Assembly (NCBI RefSeq): GCF_902652985.1 | Contig: NC_047022.1 | Span: 8,990,001 to 9,054,000, forward strand | Direction: 5' to 3' | Length of the DNA stretch: 64,000 bases | From: Pecten maximus | Lineage: Eukaryota | Notes under the pieces: generated by a model | Told to the model about the DNA's origin: nothing | What the model saw: the letters and a program-made list of their open reading frames with translations, nothing else | Databases searched by the model: none | Program-made: the position numbers and the translations under genes | Shown: positions 37,713-53,401 of the stretch, in pieces | Numbering within the stretch: the first letter of the stretch is position 1 | How the letters are laid out: every line of letters begins with the position of its first letter

Positions 37713-40700
37713 TTATTTACTCTGCATTGTCACTATGTAATCTTATCAAGCCTAATAGAAAGTTATCATAATCCATACATAATTCTCATTAGTGTAGTGA
37801 TATTTAGAATAATGTCTGTAACGTCACTAAAAGACGTATGTTTGTTTGACGTCACTATATTGATTGTATTTTGACGTCACACAAATTCTTACTACTGAAC
37901 AAAACCCCGATTGATCAAAGTAACATGAAACGATGTAGTTATACTGTGTACGAAGTGAATACCGTCAAAATGAAATTTATTAAAATGATGATTCTGAATT
38001 GATTCTTTTTTTCACGAACTAAATTGTTTTTCCGGGAATAGTCGTTGTATCATATGAAAATATCACATGGACACCTCGAAGTTTAATTTTTGCATGCGAT
38101 AACACAGTTATATGAATAATACAAGAACTTTAGGTTATACAATAACACTGTTATATGATGACTACAAAACCTTTAGTTTGACTTTGATATATATGTATTA
38201 AACTCTCAGGATTGTAGACGAATTGGTCATATCGCACGGTATGAAGGCTTAAATAACATAATTAAAAGGCAAAGCCTGCAAAAAGCGTGACCTCCACTAA
38301 ACTGGAATATATTACTGCAGTGATAAATTAACTCACCCATAATACCCACCATAGAAAACAATGTATACAAACTAAAATTATAATTGAGTGTTTTTATGTG
38401 TACATTAACGATTTGTAGTAGTACAAATATCCGTTAATTATATGTGTTCCGTCTTGATGGAAATCTGTAGTCTTTTTGTCATTTAGGGTGATAGAAGGAC
38501 AATCGAAAACGATGGCCCCAAGACGGATCTTAGCATCCACCATTGAATGATTTTTATTTCTTCAATGTATCATATGTACTCTTTTTTATGATATTCCAAC
38601 AAGGACATTATGCATATAAAAACTAAGAGAGATATAAAAGAGAATATTAAGAAATTTAGAAATATATTAGAAATAACAGAGAAACTAAATTTCGGCGGGC
38701 GCCCTTATTTCTTTCTGGATCCGACTCAAAGTAAAATTTTCATAACTAGGGTCCAAGGGAAACCTGAATATGAATTTTGAGACAAAAGAATCAGACAGAT
38801 GGAATTAAATGATATCTAAGAAGAAGATTTTATGAATCAGAAATTATAATGCTTCGCCTAAATGTCTGCCATTTTCTTTTCTCGATCAAATTCAAACCAG
38901 GGCACTGAAATTTTGCAGTAATGACCGAGGCGAATTGAAATATTTCAATAGGTTTCCAAGCTTACAGTACAGAACAAGTCAAATTATACAATAATGTATA
39001 TTTCCTGTACAAGTTGCATGTAACATGTATAAGTATTGCTTTAGCCGATATTTTTATATGGAAAACGATTATGTATTTTGATGTATTGCTTTTTCCCTAT
39101 TGTACATTGACAATATTGATTTCGTGCGAATATCTTTCTCATGGTTTGACGACAATGTCATGTTTTGAATATAAATATTTCCGTAATATATTTGAGGATA
39201 TAACACAAAAAATATCTTGATAAACTTCATCGGTTTATGGTGAGAGTACACGCTTTTCTTTGCGATGTAGATCCATAACATAAACATGTACTTAAGTTTA
39301 ATACAATTCCTGAGGAAATGTGCTTTTACTGATAAAATCTTTTCTCTTATAAATCATTGTCAAAACTGCATCAGCCAGTCAAAAACCGTTTTACGGTGAA
39401 GTAAATTTTACAGTATGAAGAACACGGTTTTAAGCCAATGTCATGTGAGGCAATTTTAATGAAAATGTGTTTTACAAGAAAATTTAAATTATCTAGAATG
39501 TTATCAATTTATCCTCATATGTTATATTGTACCCGATACCAATTTTATTGATGTTGATATACATTTCTCAGTAAATATGTGACTGACGTGATAAACATTC
39601 ATTTTGTGATAACCTTTAATAAACATATTGTTGTAAATGTATTGTATTTTATGTTTTATTCCTTGTGATCTAATCAGATAAGTAATTCGATCATCAACCA
39701 TTCGTCAGGTTAAATCGATGCTTATGTCTATGTTTGATAATTGATTGATATTATTAGAGACGTCCATTTGGATTCCAAGGTCAAACAAAATTAATGTGTA
39801 CGTTTTAATATGGTCATCTGTTCTCATTAGTTTCGCTAGTGCACCTCATGTACATAATAGTTGCGTTTGCAACATATATGATCCACACGAACTGCACAGG
39901 CTATTCAGAAACATGCATTTTTGCATGTTTTGCCAAATTCAACAGACAGTTTTGCAGATGTTCTGTCATAAGCAAGGCCCATGCTTAACCATTACTATGC
40001 CATAAAGACAATTGATCGCGGTACTTCTGTTGAATTGCATCAGAGTTATGATATATATATATATAGGATTACTAAATTATTATCAGATTTGCTGTTTAGC
40101 GACCACATTCCGCAAACAAGTTTGTTTCCCATGATCTAGTGTTTAAGATCGGGGGTGGAGAATATTACTGATTTTTTTAATTCCTCTTGATGGCTACAGT
40201 AGGAAGAAATGAAATCAACCCCTGCCCGCAGTGTGGCTCAAAGTAGCGACCTCTCACTCTCATGTTGGACATCTTATATATACACCACTAGGCTTCTGGA
40301 AAATGCCCGCTATACTTGGCTACAATTAAATTGCATAAATTGTCCACGTGTGCAAAGTGATAGGAATGCATACGTCGTCGGAGATAAAGTTATATATGAT
40401 CACCATAAATAGTAATGAAAGTGTTCTAGCGTAAAACAAATATTTGTCAATGTAACTTTACTGAATAATTCTTCCTATTTTTATTGAGATATACTCTCGT
40501 TATATAGCAAACATCAGTTATCTAGTAAAGATCTTTGTACATTGATTATAAAATGTTGTTTATTTTAATCTGGCTATTTTGTTTGTTAACATGAACACAA
40601 GTAATGACGATTTATATCCAATAGTGTTACCCAAGGACAGGATTCCGGGTGTTGTCTGTATTGTATACAGGACATATTATCGACCACTAACAAGGCGAAC

Positions 40701-42381
40701 CTTGTGTCAGTATCTAGGACGGTGACATTACACAACTACTGTGTTCTGTAACAAGTGTTCCTGGGGGCACATTAAGCGAAGAGATTTTTTTGTTAGGTTC
40801 CAGCTAAAATTGCATAAATGCTGAATTGATAATTCATAGTTTCAAGTATTCTATTAATATCGTCTTCACACAAAGTTTCGTTGCAGCATGAGAACGGTTA
40901 ATCCATGTACATCCGTATTATATAATATGAATGATTATTCGTAATTGTGTTATGTGCCTACATATATACAAATAGCTTTATAGAAGAATTCATCAAATGA
41001 TCATTTGTAGGTGTAGAATACATTTTATCAAGTCACCTATTACATAATAAGTGGGTTGACCCACTTCTGTTAAAAGTTTTCTGATATTTTGGTCGTTTTC
41101 TCGATATAGAAATATGTGTCAAATATATATTTTGCTGCTTATTATAATTGGATGGTAAGATCACGTGAGGAACATAAACAGCAGACGTGATATAAAACAT
41201 GTGTCAAGTATATACACACACTACTGTTTATGTGTTATATTACGGTAAATTCAAATACCCTCTAGTGATGTCTGTGGCCCTCAAACACCCAGCAGCGATT
41301 TTTGGGACTCAGTTATTTGAGTCATTGACTAATCCTTTTCCTGTGGGAATCTAATTTTGAATATCAACTATCTTTCAGTATTGGGACTTTTAGAAATTTT
41401 AGAAATGGTTTCAGGATGCACCTGCAAAACTCCTACAAACATGAGATTACACATGTCCATATATAAATTTTGTTGGTGTTGTTTTCCGTTGTAGTTCCTA
41501 AAAATAGCTTTGTATCCCATAGTTCTTAGAGAGTTTACATGGTCTAATAGATCTACAAGTGTATACATAAGTTTGCGGCTTCCCCTTGGTTAACCTCATG
41601 TAATATCTAAGCAATTTCGGCAGTATGCTTCAGTGAGGCAGCACTGTAAATTAAAGTCAACGTTAGTTTCCTACTCTCATAAGGAAACAAACATAAATAT
41701 ACCGCAGCCTCCCAAGACACACACACACTACAGGAATGCATCTCTCATACAAGGGCGACCATCCTAAAATGATGATAACTGTTGATAGGATGTTAAATGA
41801 GAGAAAATCGATTTTGTTTTGTTAGGCAAATAACTCCTGTATCATGATATGCATAAAAAATGAAAACAATCAATCTACACTATCACATTTGTTAAAACTA
41901 AAATAAATCAATTGGTCCCGGATTTTAAATTTGCAGAATTTTCGAAAGTGTGTTTACACAGGAAGCTTAGTTTTGCCTAAAGCAAAATATGGAGACTCAT
42001 AATCAAGGTAAGATAGCGGGAATACTTAATGTACAACATATGTCTAAACAAAATTTATTCTGTCTTAGGGATAGATATATTAGATTTCAAATAGGTTTTA
42101 GAAAAAAAATGTGTAGAGAATTGCGTAATTTTGGGTCAATTATCATAATATTTTGCAATTTTTAAGTTGTAACCATGGTATTCACAGCTCTAGTAACACA
42201 GAAAAAAGTTTACTTAACCTTCAGAGCTGTATTAAAATTGACCCTTATTGCTTTGGATGGCAAGCGACTGTCCTCCTGTATGTTGTTCCATAAGGTAGTC
42301 ACAAACTACTACAAAGGTACCCTATCTCAAAATGAACTTATCTGTTCAAGGGCGATAACTATAAACCTATCAAACAAGATA

Positions 42382-43438
42382 AACAAGAGGCCCGATGTGC
42401 AAGTATCGGTCACCTGTCTCTACTACAACTTTAAAGTGGAGTGAGGTCATTTCTACAGATACTATGATGATTATCACCTTATTTAATTATCAGAGTAAGC
42501 TATGTTTATTCTTGTCAATAAAAGTTCTCGTCCTTCATTCCAGCATACTTTTGCCCTAATATCAGGTCTCTGAGACTTTTAGCGATCGCAAAATCATTGT
42601 TTAAAGATCTAAGCCTATGTCACCCCTGTGACCTTGAATGTAGGTCAAGGTCATTCATTAGAACAAACTTGGTAGCTATTCACCCCAGATTGCTACAGGC
42701 AGGGCCGACATCAAGTCCCTAGGTTTCTTGGTTGTTTAGAAGTTATTCAAATATCTAAGCCTATTTGACCAATGTGACCTCGAATGAGGGTCAATGTCAT
42801 TCATTTGAACAGACGTGGAAGCCCTTCACCCCAGAATGCTAGATGCCCAATATCAAGTCCCTGAGCTCCTTGCTTATTGAGAAAAAGTTGTTTAAAGTTT
42901 ATAGCATATTTGATTCATGTGACTTCGAATAAAGGTCAAGGTCATTCATTTGAACAAAACTGGTAGTCATCTACACCAGGAAACTTCAGGCCCAATATTA
43001 AGTCCCCTGGCCCCTTGCTTGTTGAGAGGAAGTTGTTAGAGGATTTAAGCCTATTTGCCCCATGTGACCTTGAATGAAGATCAAGGTCATTTATTTGAAC
43101 AAACTTGGTAGCCCTGCACGCGAGCATGCTACATACTTAATATCAAGTCCCTGGATCTCATGATTATTGAAAGGAAGCTGTTTGAAGATTATAGCCTATT
43201 TGATCTATGTGACCTCAAACGAAGGTCAATGTCATTTATATTAACAAACTTGGTAGCGCACCCCAGGATGCTACAGGCCTAATGTCAAGTCCTTGGGCCT
43301 CTTGGTTATTGAAAAGAAGCTGTTTGAATGTTTTAGCCTATTTGACTCATGTGACCTTGCCTGAAGACCAAGGTCATTCATTTGAACGAATTTGGTAGCC
43401 CTACTGGCCTAATATTAAGTCCCTGGGCATCTTTATTA
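42382..43438 (-). mobile_element. Near-identical copy of the 30896-31952 HINE satellite element
   Basis: Direct sequence match with the same truncation point. Confidence 0.75.
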
Positions 43439-46070
43439 ATGATATTAATGATAGATAATGTCAGCATATTTGTGATGTTTGATGTGGGCAAACAAAAGAA
43501 TACATCAATGTGAAAAATAAATAAATCAATGATTAAATAAATGAATGAAAGAAAGAATGAATGTAATAGAAAGTATACATAAATATTTGCAAATAAAATG
43601 TGGTACAAAAACATTTTCTATCTGTCATTGTCATAATACCATGGATCAATGTCCATTTCCTGTCCATCAAATTGTCTTAACCCTCCTCTTATACTCATCG
43701 TTAAATGACCTGGTGAGCTTATGCCTTTGTGTATGTTATCCATCCTGCACCAACGTTAAAAACTTCTTCCTAAGAGCCAACGAGCCTAGAATCAAACTGA
43801 TAGAATGCTGTGATGGAACACAAAAAATGTCTACGAAAAAGAAAAAAAAACTTTACTTAAATTCAAGATCAACAGATTCATCTTTGCCATGCTTGTAGAA
43901 AGCTCATGATTATAAGTCTCTCCGAAAACTACCTACAGCATGAGGATCGTCCTGTATTACGAATATCAGAGTTGGATTATGAAGTTAGTAAACTGACCTG
44001 TTTGTGTGTGGTGACAGACATGTACATTCTTTTCATGACTTCATGGTCAGGTATGTCGAAAAATGGTCCATGTTCAGATGCATGTGTGTTTTCTATCAAC
44101 ACAATTAAATAGTTGAAAACATACAATGAAGTGCCAACACAAGTGTGTTGGGTAGGATTTTCCTCGTCTCTTTACTATGGCAGGAATTCTAATGTTACTC
44201 ATCTCATGTCCGATTTTAAAGAGGCCAATAACACATTACAAACCTTCAGATTACAGAAGCCACACCACAGTCATAACACATCAATTTATCTGAAAACAAA
44301 GATATCAAAACATGGTTTTGTATGATTTTAGAAGAGCTGCTTCAATCAGTTATGTTCCATTTTAATCTGATACGCACTGCTTACACGAAAATACATATTA
44401 ATTTGTACGCATATTTTAATTTTCAGTAACCTATAACATTGTAATTGTGGTGGTAGCTGGTTTCACTTATTCATAGATGTTGTCTGTGAAACATTCATAT
44501 TTTCAACTTCTCAATAACCAATTAAGATGTCTAGGGTTATGACATATTGTCAGAAGCTTGCAGATTGGTAAAGATAAAAAGTTTATTCAAATAATATTGA
44601 TATTAGGCCGGAAATGTCGGATGAAAGGCTACCAAGTTTGTTATAATGAATGACATTCACCTTTCAAGGTCAGTGAGTCAAATATGTTAAGTTTTTTAAA
44701 CAATTTGTCAATAACCAAGATGCCTAAGGTCATGGTATTGGACCAGCAGCATACTGGTATGAAGGGCTGGAAATTTTGTTCAAATGAATTAACTTGACCT
44801 ACTTTCAAAATCACACGGGTTAAATGTATTAGAATAACTAAACGACTTCTTCTCAATACCCAAAGCGTTAAATCTAGGACGAAAAGCAAAACACCATCTA
44901 CCAGTGAATATATATCAGAATTCAGGTGACATTTAAGGCCCATGGTAAATCTACAGAAATTGTCATACTCCCCCATTTTGTGTATATGTAACCTTAACGG
45001 AACACTAGTCGCTAGCAGTGACATCGGCTATTGCGGATTGCTGCTACAAAAGTAACTCATTCAACTACAAGAAGCAAGAAACCTTGTTGTAGCCCATTAG
45101 CATCGTAATAAACCTGTATGGGAGTGAGACATAACCTACAACGTTCTAAAGGATATAGTTGATTGTTTTGTAGCAGGCCGGGTTTTAATTGTAAATACTG
45201 TACATAGTTGTACCAGTGTAACAGTTTTCGTATAGTGGATATGTTTTCTCCGGTCCTATGACTGAGTTCCGTGTGTGCTATACAACGCTATATACACACC
45301 GGTATTTATCTCCAGCAATCATTAAGCAGATATATTTAACCTAAGATATCTATTTACACGATAGGAATTGAAACAGAACATTAAAAAAATCAAGGCCTAC
45401 ATATACAATCACAAAATAACTCGCATACTACACTCTTATACGGAACAAGAAACCCCCGACTAAGGCTACAGGTGTTTCCCTTCCTGGCAAACAGCGTTTT
45501 AATAAAACATGTAAAACATATATTTATAGACTATTTGTCTGTAGTTACTCGAGTATCGATATATCTTGAAACCATTGAGCTCACTTTGCCCTTTTGTCGT
45601 GGTGCGGCGCAGTCGTCCGGTCGGTGGGTCGGTGTAACGCTGAAAATAGACCTTCGTTGAAAATTGACCCCGGGTGACTTCAACGTTGAATATTGACCCT
45701 GAATGCCTTTGAAAATTAAACAACCGCAAATTCTTAACTCCGACCCGTTCCATATGGACCCCGTTGAAAACTGACCCTATTACAGATGGTTTCCTATTTT
45801 ATATCTAAACCTTTTGAGGTTCGACAAATAACAAAAAATGTAAATATCCGCTAATAAACGTAAACATATCAAGATATGAACCTTCGAAGTCATATATTAT
45901 AGAACTCAACACTTAACCTGACACACAAGTCATTTAATGTCATTGTTACAGGTGCGCATACTCCGCACCTTCCCATGTGACTTCATACCGAACAAGGAAG
46001 TTTAATTTAGATTGCAAATGGCGACGTGTCGTTTACAGTTTATGTTATTTACGTTTCCTTAGAAGCTGAG

Positions 46071-47717
46071 ATGGCGAGTAAACTGTCAATTCGTAAGGCA
46101 CAGGTACACATGCCGGACACGTGTGCGTGGTGTGATAGTGTACAGGACGTGAACTGGTACTGTAATGACTGTCAGGAGGCTTTGTGTGACAAATGTAAGG
46201 AGACCCATCAGCGCGCGAGGAGGACAAGGAATGACGAAGTTGTACCGATAAAACAGGCGAACAAACAAGCCGAGGTGGTACTACCAGAGGTATGTAAGAA
46301 ACACCCCGGTAAAACATGCGATCTGTTCTGTACAGAGTGTAACGTCGCCATTTGTTCAATGTGTTTTACACAGAAACATAAACAGCACGCATTCAAACAT
46401 TTTGAAGACGAAATTAACACCCAGAAACATTACATGCGTGAGCAGTTGGAAACATTAAAATTCAAGTTAGATCAGTTCAATGAGAAGTTATCAAACCGTC
46501 GGAAAGAGAGCACAACATTCAAAGAAAGTGTCGATATTATCTGTAAAGATGTCAAAGAGCGAGGAACAAAGCTGAAGGCAGGAATAGATTCTATAGTGGA
46601 CAATGTCCTTGCTGAATTATTATCACTGGTTGCTGAAGAAGACAAACTCCTCCAACAGGATTGTGAGCATGATGATAAAAGTGTTAAACAAATAAAGCAG
46701 CTGATCGAAGAAGTGGAGCAGCAGTCGGAAAATCCATCAAGTGGAACTTTGTTTGAGCTGACGAGGAGACTGAGGACCACCATACCGCTTTATGACGTTA
46801 CTGGTACGAGTACACATCTATACCTACCAAGTTTTGAAACCGGACAAATTGATATAGAACAGTTGACAAAAATGATCGGATTTGTTAAGGCCGGGAGTAG
46901 GAATGATTCAACGCCCATGTATGAGAAGAAGGATATCAATAATCAACATGTCCAAAAACTTACTTCATTCCAAACCCCTCCAAACAAATCCATACTATCC
47001 ATATGTCCAATAGACGACACCTATGCATGGATATCAATATCTGGATGTCTGGACCTGCTCCGAGTCAATAAAAAGGGAAACGTCACGGAGACTGTGAAGC
47101 TTGATTTGACACCTTGGAGTTTGGCTTTGACCAACTCTGGACTACTGGTGACACTACAGGATCAGTCACCGTTGATATACAAACTGTCTGAGGACAGACG
47201 GGTGACGACCTTTGCCGACACCAGTCCATTAAAGTCCTGTAGTATCAGTGTTAGTAACACAGACGAGGTGTTCGTTAGTACTGACACTACAACAATACTG
47301 GTACTTAACATGTCCGGGGACAAGGTCAGACAACTCTCGTGTGGACAGGGTGAAAGCCGTATAGTTAGTTTGACCGGAGGGAATGTCGCTGTAACCACTG
47401 GGGGCGGTTTCTGTCAAGACCTGAATATCATCGACAGATCAGGTCAGATCATACACACGTGGAGTGGAGAACTGGACAATGGTCAGAAACTATCCCAGAC
47501 GAATCAGAATAGTATAGCATGTGATAAATATGACAGAGTATTTGTACCAGACTTATATACTAACCAGGTATACGTCATCTCGAGGAATGAGAGAAAGGCA
47601 AACTGTATCCTGGACGAGAGACACGGAGTACAACATCCAAAAGCAGTAGGTGTAGACAGGTGTGGACATGTTTGGATCGGCTGTCGTGATGGTACAGTAC
47701 ATGTTATGCAACTCTAA
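46071..47717 (+). CDS. RING-less TRIM-NHL-like protein copy 5 (548 aa)
   Basis: Intact ORF with the same architecture. Confidence 0.9.
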   Translation: MASKLSIRKAQVHMPDTCAWCDSVQDVNWYCNDCQEALCDKCKETHQRARRTRNDEVVPIKQANKQAEVVLPEVCKKHPGKTCDLFCTECNVAICSMCFTQKHKQHAFKHFEDEINTQKHYMREQLETLKFKLDQFNEKLSNRRKESTTFKESVDIICKDVKERGTKLKAGIDSIVDNVLAELLSLVAEEDKLLQQDCEHDDKSVKQIKQLIEEVEQQSENPSSGTLFELTRRLRTTIPLYDVTGTSTHLYLPSFETGQIDIEQLTKMIGFVKAGSRNDSTPMYEKKDINNQHVQKLTSFQTPPNKSILSICPIDDTYAWISISGCLDLLRVNKKGNVTETVKLDLTPWSLALTNSGLLVTLQDQSPLIYKLSEDRRVTTFADTSPLKSCSISVSNTDEVFVSTDTTTILVLNMSGDKVRQLSCGQGESRIVSLTGGNVAVTTGGGFCQDLNIIDRSGQIIHTWSGELDNGQKLSQTNQNSIACDKYDRVFVPDLYTNQVYVISRNERKANCILDERHGVQHPKAVGVDRCGHVWIGCRDGTVHVMQL

Positions 47718-48324
47718 TCAACCAGGAGATATAGCTGTAGATAAACTATTGATGGTGGGATACTTCAATTCCTATTCCTTACAATGACAGTTTAACTATT
47801 TGTTGACTGTTGCGATTGTTAGGTTTTATACTTGTACATAAACCCCACTTCATTTGACCTTTTCTTAAAACGATTACTTTACCTCTTCAAATAGCCTGCC
47901 CCGTTTTTCTTGTTTTATAATTGTCGATACAAGTAACAAGAACCTGAAAGCGAGTAATTTAGATGTTCTGTTTTTAACCGAAGGTGGCAATACATTCATC
48001 GATGAAATGACGGTCTGCTTATGTTTTAATCACTTGTCTTTTAAAGTAGAACCTGTCTGTCCTTATCATAGCCTTACTCACCCGACCAATCAGTGTCTAG
48101 TTTACATCTTGCCCGTGTATGATTGATGCAGTTAGGAATATAGGAATAAATTAATCAATCACGTGAGGTACCGAGTCAAATGTTTCTATGTCAAAACCAA
48201 CAGTAGATGTATTGTGTCAGTAACATCGGCCTGATATTAAATATTTTGTCTTTTGCTCACTTAGATACCCCCATCCTATTTCTCCACCTTCATCCGTAAG
48301 CTTCTGCTAGAAACTATATAATCA

Positions 48325-48816
48325 AATAAATAGAGGATATTGAATGGTTTCCCGTTTAATATAACATTTATTTCACGAGTATGACAGAATATCGAAATAT
48401 TCTGTCATTCGAGTGAAATATTCTGTCATTCGAGTTAAATATATGTTGCATTTAACGAGAAACCATTCAATTTTCTTTTTTTTGCATTTCATAAACTTGA
48501 AAACAAAATTAAAAACATAGTGTCAAAAGGTGCGATAATCAGTCATGGCGTCATTTCTTTGTGACTTTACTCCACGTCAATCCGACGGCACCATTTTGAA
48601 AGGACTGATCAACGCAATTTAAACGTTTTCTGCTGTTATCGGAGAATCTGTGCACGAATAACTAGCGTCTAGTGAGTATTTTGTCAAATACTCTCATTGA
48701 TCAAAAACATATTTTCACTGAAAAATCTTAATGTTTCACTGCAGCGATGAACAGTGAAAATATTAGTTTTATTTGTTTTATAAATTTCTATATTTCACTG
48801 GCAAAATGCAATAAAT
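48325..48816. mobile_element. Paralogous copy of the 37190-37712 palindromic element
   Basis: Same insertion point and sequence. Confidence 0.6.
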
Positions 48817-51800
48817 TTATTTACTCTGCATTGTCACCATGTAATCTTATCAAGCATAATAGAAAGTTATCATAATCCATACATAATTCTCATTAGTGTA
48901 GTGTTATTTAGAACAATGTCTGTAACGTCACTAAAAGACGTATGTTTGCTTGACGTCACTATATTAATTGTATTTTGACGTCACACAAATTCTTACTACT
49001 GAACAAAACCCCGATTGATCAAAGTAACATGAAACGATGTAGTTATACTGTGTACGAAGTGAATATCGTCAAAATGGAATTTATTAAAATGATGATTCTG
49101 AATTGACTCTTTTTTTCACGAACTAAATTGTTTTTCCGGGAATAGTCGTTGTATCATATGAAAATATCACATGGGCACCTCGAAGTTTAATTTTTGCATG
49201 CGATAACACAGTTATATGATTAATACAAGAACTTTAGGCTATACAATAACACTGTTATATGATGACTACAAAACCTTTAGTTTGACTTTGATATATATGT
49301 ATTAAACTCTCAAAATTGTAGACGAATTGGTCATATCGCACGGTATGAAGGCTTAAATAACATAATTAAAAGGCAAAGCCTGCAGAAAGCGTTACATCCG
49401 CTAAACTGGAATATATTACTGCAGTGATAAATTAACTCACCCATAATACCCACCATAGAAAACAATGTATACAAACTAAAATTATAATTGAGTGTTTTTA
49501 TGTGTACATTAACGATTTGTAGTAGTACAAATATCCGTTGATAATATGTGTTCCGTCTTGATAAAAATCTGTAGTCTTTTTGTCATTTAGGGTTATAGAA
49601 GGACAATCGAAAACGATGGCCCCAAGACGGATCTTAGCATCTACCATATAATGATTTTTATTTCTTCAATGTATCATATGTACTCTTCTTTTATGATCTT
49701 CCAACAAGGAGATTATGCATATAAAACTAAATCTCGAAGCTAAATTTCGGTGGGCGGCCTTATTTCTTTCTGGATCCGACTCAAAATAAAATTTCCATAA
49801 CTAGGGTCCAAGGGAAACCTGAATATGAAATTTGAAACAAAAGAGTCAGACAGATGGAATCAAATGATATATAAGAAGATTTTATGAATCAGAAATTATG
49901 ATGCTTCTCGATCAAATTTAAACCAGAACAGTGAAATTTTGCAGTAATGACCGAGGCGAATTGAAATATTCAATAGGTTTCCAAGCTTACAGTTCCGAAC
50001 AAGTCAAATTATACAATAATGTATATTTCCTGTACAAGTTGTATGTAACATGTATAAGTATTGCTTTAGCCGATATTTTTATATGGAGAACAATTATGTA
50101 TTTTGATGTATTGCTTTTTCCCTATTGTACATTGACAATATTGATTTCATGCGAATATATTTCTCATGGTTTGACGACAATGTCATGGTTTGAATATAAA
50201 TATTTCCGTAATATATTTGAAGATATAACACAAAAAATATCTTGATATACTTCACCTGTTTATTGTGAGAGTACACGCTTTTCTTTGCGATGTAGATCCA
50301 TAACATAAACATGTACTTAAGTTTAATACAATTCCTGAGGAAATGTGCCTTTACTGATAAAATCTTTTCTCTTATAAATCATTGTCCAAACTGCATCCGC
50401 CAGTCAAAAACCTTTTTACGGTGAAGTAAATTTTACGGTATGAAGAACACGGTTTTAAGCCAATGTCATGTTATGCAATTTCAATGAAAATGCGTTTAAC
50501 GAGAAAAGTTCAATTATATAGAATGTTCTCAATGTATCCTCATATGTTACATATAGTATCCGATACCAGTTTAAAAGATGGTGATACATATTTCTCAATT
50601 ACTATGTGACTAACGGTATGAACATTCATTTTGTGACAACTTTTAATAAACATATTGTTTTAAATGTATTGTATTTATAGTTCATTCCTTGTAATCTAGT
50701 CAGATCAGTAATTCATAAACCATTCGTCAGGTTAAATCGATGCGTATGTCTGTGTTTGATAATTGGTTGATATTATAAGAGACGTCCATTTGCATTTCAA
50801 GATCAAACACAATTTATGTTTACGTTTTAATATGGTCATCTGGCCACATTAATTTCCCTAGTGCTTCTCGTGTACACAATGGTTGTTTTTGCAACATATA
50901 TGATACACACGAACTGTACAGGTTATTCCGAACGATGCTTTTTTTGCATGTTTTGCTAAATTCAACAAACAGTTTAACAAATTGATGTCATAAGAGAAGG
51001 CCATGGTTAACCATTACTATGGCATATAGACAATTGATCGAGGTACTTCTGTTGAATTGGATCAGAGAAATGATTTATGGGATTACTAAAATATTTCTGG
51101 ATATGTTGTTTAGCGACCACATTCTGCAAAAACAGTTTGTTTCTCATGATCTAGTGTTTAGGATCGGGGATGGATAATATTACTGATTTTGTAAATTCCA
51201 CTAGATGACTCTAGGTAGCGACCTCTCCCTCTTTTGTCGCACATCTTATATATACACCACTAGGCTTTTGGAAAATTGCCGCTATACTTAATTAAATTGC
51301 ATAAATTTTCCACGTGTGCAAAGTGATAGGAATGCATACGTCGTCGGAGATAAAGTTATATATGATCACCATAAATAGTAATGAAAGTGTTCTAGCGGAA
51401 AACAAATATTTGTCAATATAACTTTACTGAATAATTCTTCCTATTTTTATTGAGATATAATCTCGTTATATAGCAAACATCAGTTATCTAGTAAAGATCT
51501 TTGTACATTGATTATAAAATGTTGTTTATTTTAATCTGGATATTTTGTTTGTTAACATGAACACAAGTAATGATGAATTATATCCAACAGTGTTACCCAA
51601 GGACAGGAGTCCGGGTGTAGTCTGTATTGTATACAGGACATATTATCGACCACTAACAAGGCGAACCTTGTGTCAGTATCTAGGACGATGACATTACACA
51701 ACTACTGTGTTCTGTAACAAGTGTTCCTGGGGGCACATTAAGCGAAACGATATTTTGTTGGGTTCCAGCTAAAATTGCATAATTGCTGAATTGCTAATTC

Positions 51801-53401
51801 ATAGTTTCAAGTATTCTATTAATATGGTCTTCACACAAAGTTTGGTTGCAGCATGAGAATGGTTAATCCATGTGCATCCGTATTATATAATATGAATATT
51901 AATTCGTAATTGTGTTATGTGCCTACATATATACAAATAGCTTTATAGAAGAATTCATCAAATGATCATTTGTAGGTGTAGAATACATTTTATCAAGTCA
52001 CCTATTACATAATAAGTGGGTTGACCAACTTCTGTTAAAAGTTTTCTGATATTTTGGTCGTTTTCTCGATATAGAAATATGTGTCAAATATATATTTTGC
52101 TGCTTATTATAATTGGATGGTAAGATGACGTGAGGAACATAAACAACAGACGTGATATAAAACATGTGTCAAGTATATACACACACCACTGTTTATGTTT
52201 TATATTACGGTAAATTCACATACCCTCTTGTGATGTCTGTGGCCCTCAAACACCCAGCAGCGATTTTTGGGACTCAGTTATTTGAGTCATTGACTAATCC
52301 TTTTCCTGTGGGAATCTTATTTTGAATATCAACTATCTTTCAGTATTGGGACTTTTAGAAATTTTAGAAATGGTTTCAGGACGCACCTGCAAAACTCCTA
52401 CAAACATGAGGTTACACATGTCCATATATAAATTCTTGTTGTTGGTGTTTTCCATTGTAGTTCCTAAAATAGCTTTGTATCCCATAGTTCTTAAAGAGTT
52501 TACATGGTCTCATACATCTACAAGTGTATATATAAGTTTGCGACTTCCCCTTGGTTAACCTCATGTAATATCTAAGCAATTTCGGCAGTATGCTTCAGTG
52601 AGGTAGCACTATAAATTGAAGTCAACGTTAGTTTCCTACTCTCATAAGGAAAGAAACATAAATATACCGCAGCCTCCCAAGACACACAAACACACTACAG
52701 GAATGCATCTCATACAAGGGCGGCCATCCTAAAACGAGGATTACTGTTGATTGGATATTTAACGATACAAAATCAAACCAAATACTCCTTGGCTTCTACT
52801 ATGGTAGCACACCACAGTAGAACAGCCTGGCCATGGGCGATTTTTTTGTTAAACACATAACTCCTGTATCATGATATGCATGAAAACAATAAATGTACAC
52901 TATATTTGGTATATTCATTATGTAGTAGTACATACAGGCTTCACATTTGTTAAACCTTAAGTAAATGAATTGGTTGCCGATTTTTAATTTGCAGAATTTT
53001 CGAAAGTGTGTTTACACAGGAAGCTTAGTTTTGCCTAAAGCGATAAATGGAGACTCATAATCAAGGTTAAAAAGGGAATACTTAATATACAACATATGTC
53101 AAAACAAAATTAATTCTGTCCTAGGGATAAATATATTAAATTTCAAATAGGTTTCAGAAAAAAAAAATGTGTAGAGAATTGCGTCATTTTGGGTCAAATA
53201 TCATAATAATTGCAATTTTTAAGTTGTAACCATGGTATTCACCGCTTTAAAAACATAGAAAAATACGTTTACTTAACCTTCAGGGCTGTATTAAAATTGA
53301 CCCTTATTGCTTGGTAGTCACAAACTACTACAAAGATACCCTATCTCAAAATAAACCTATCTGTTCAAGGGGCAATAAATATAAACCCATCAAACATAAT
53401 A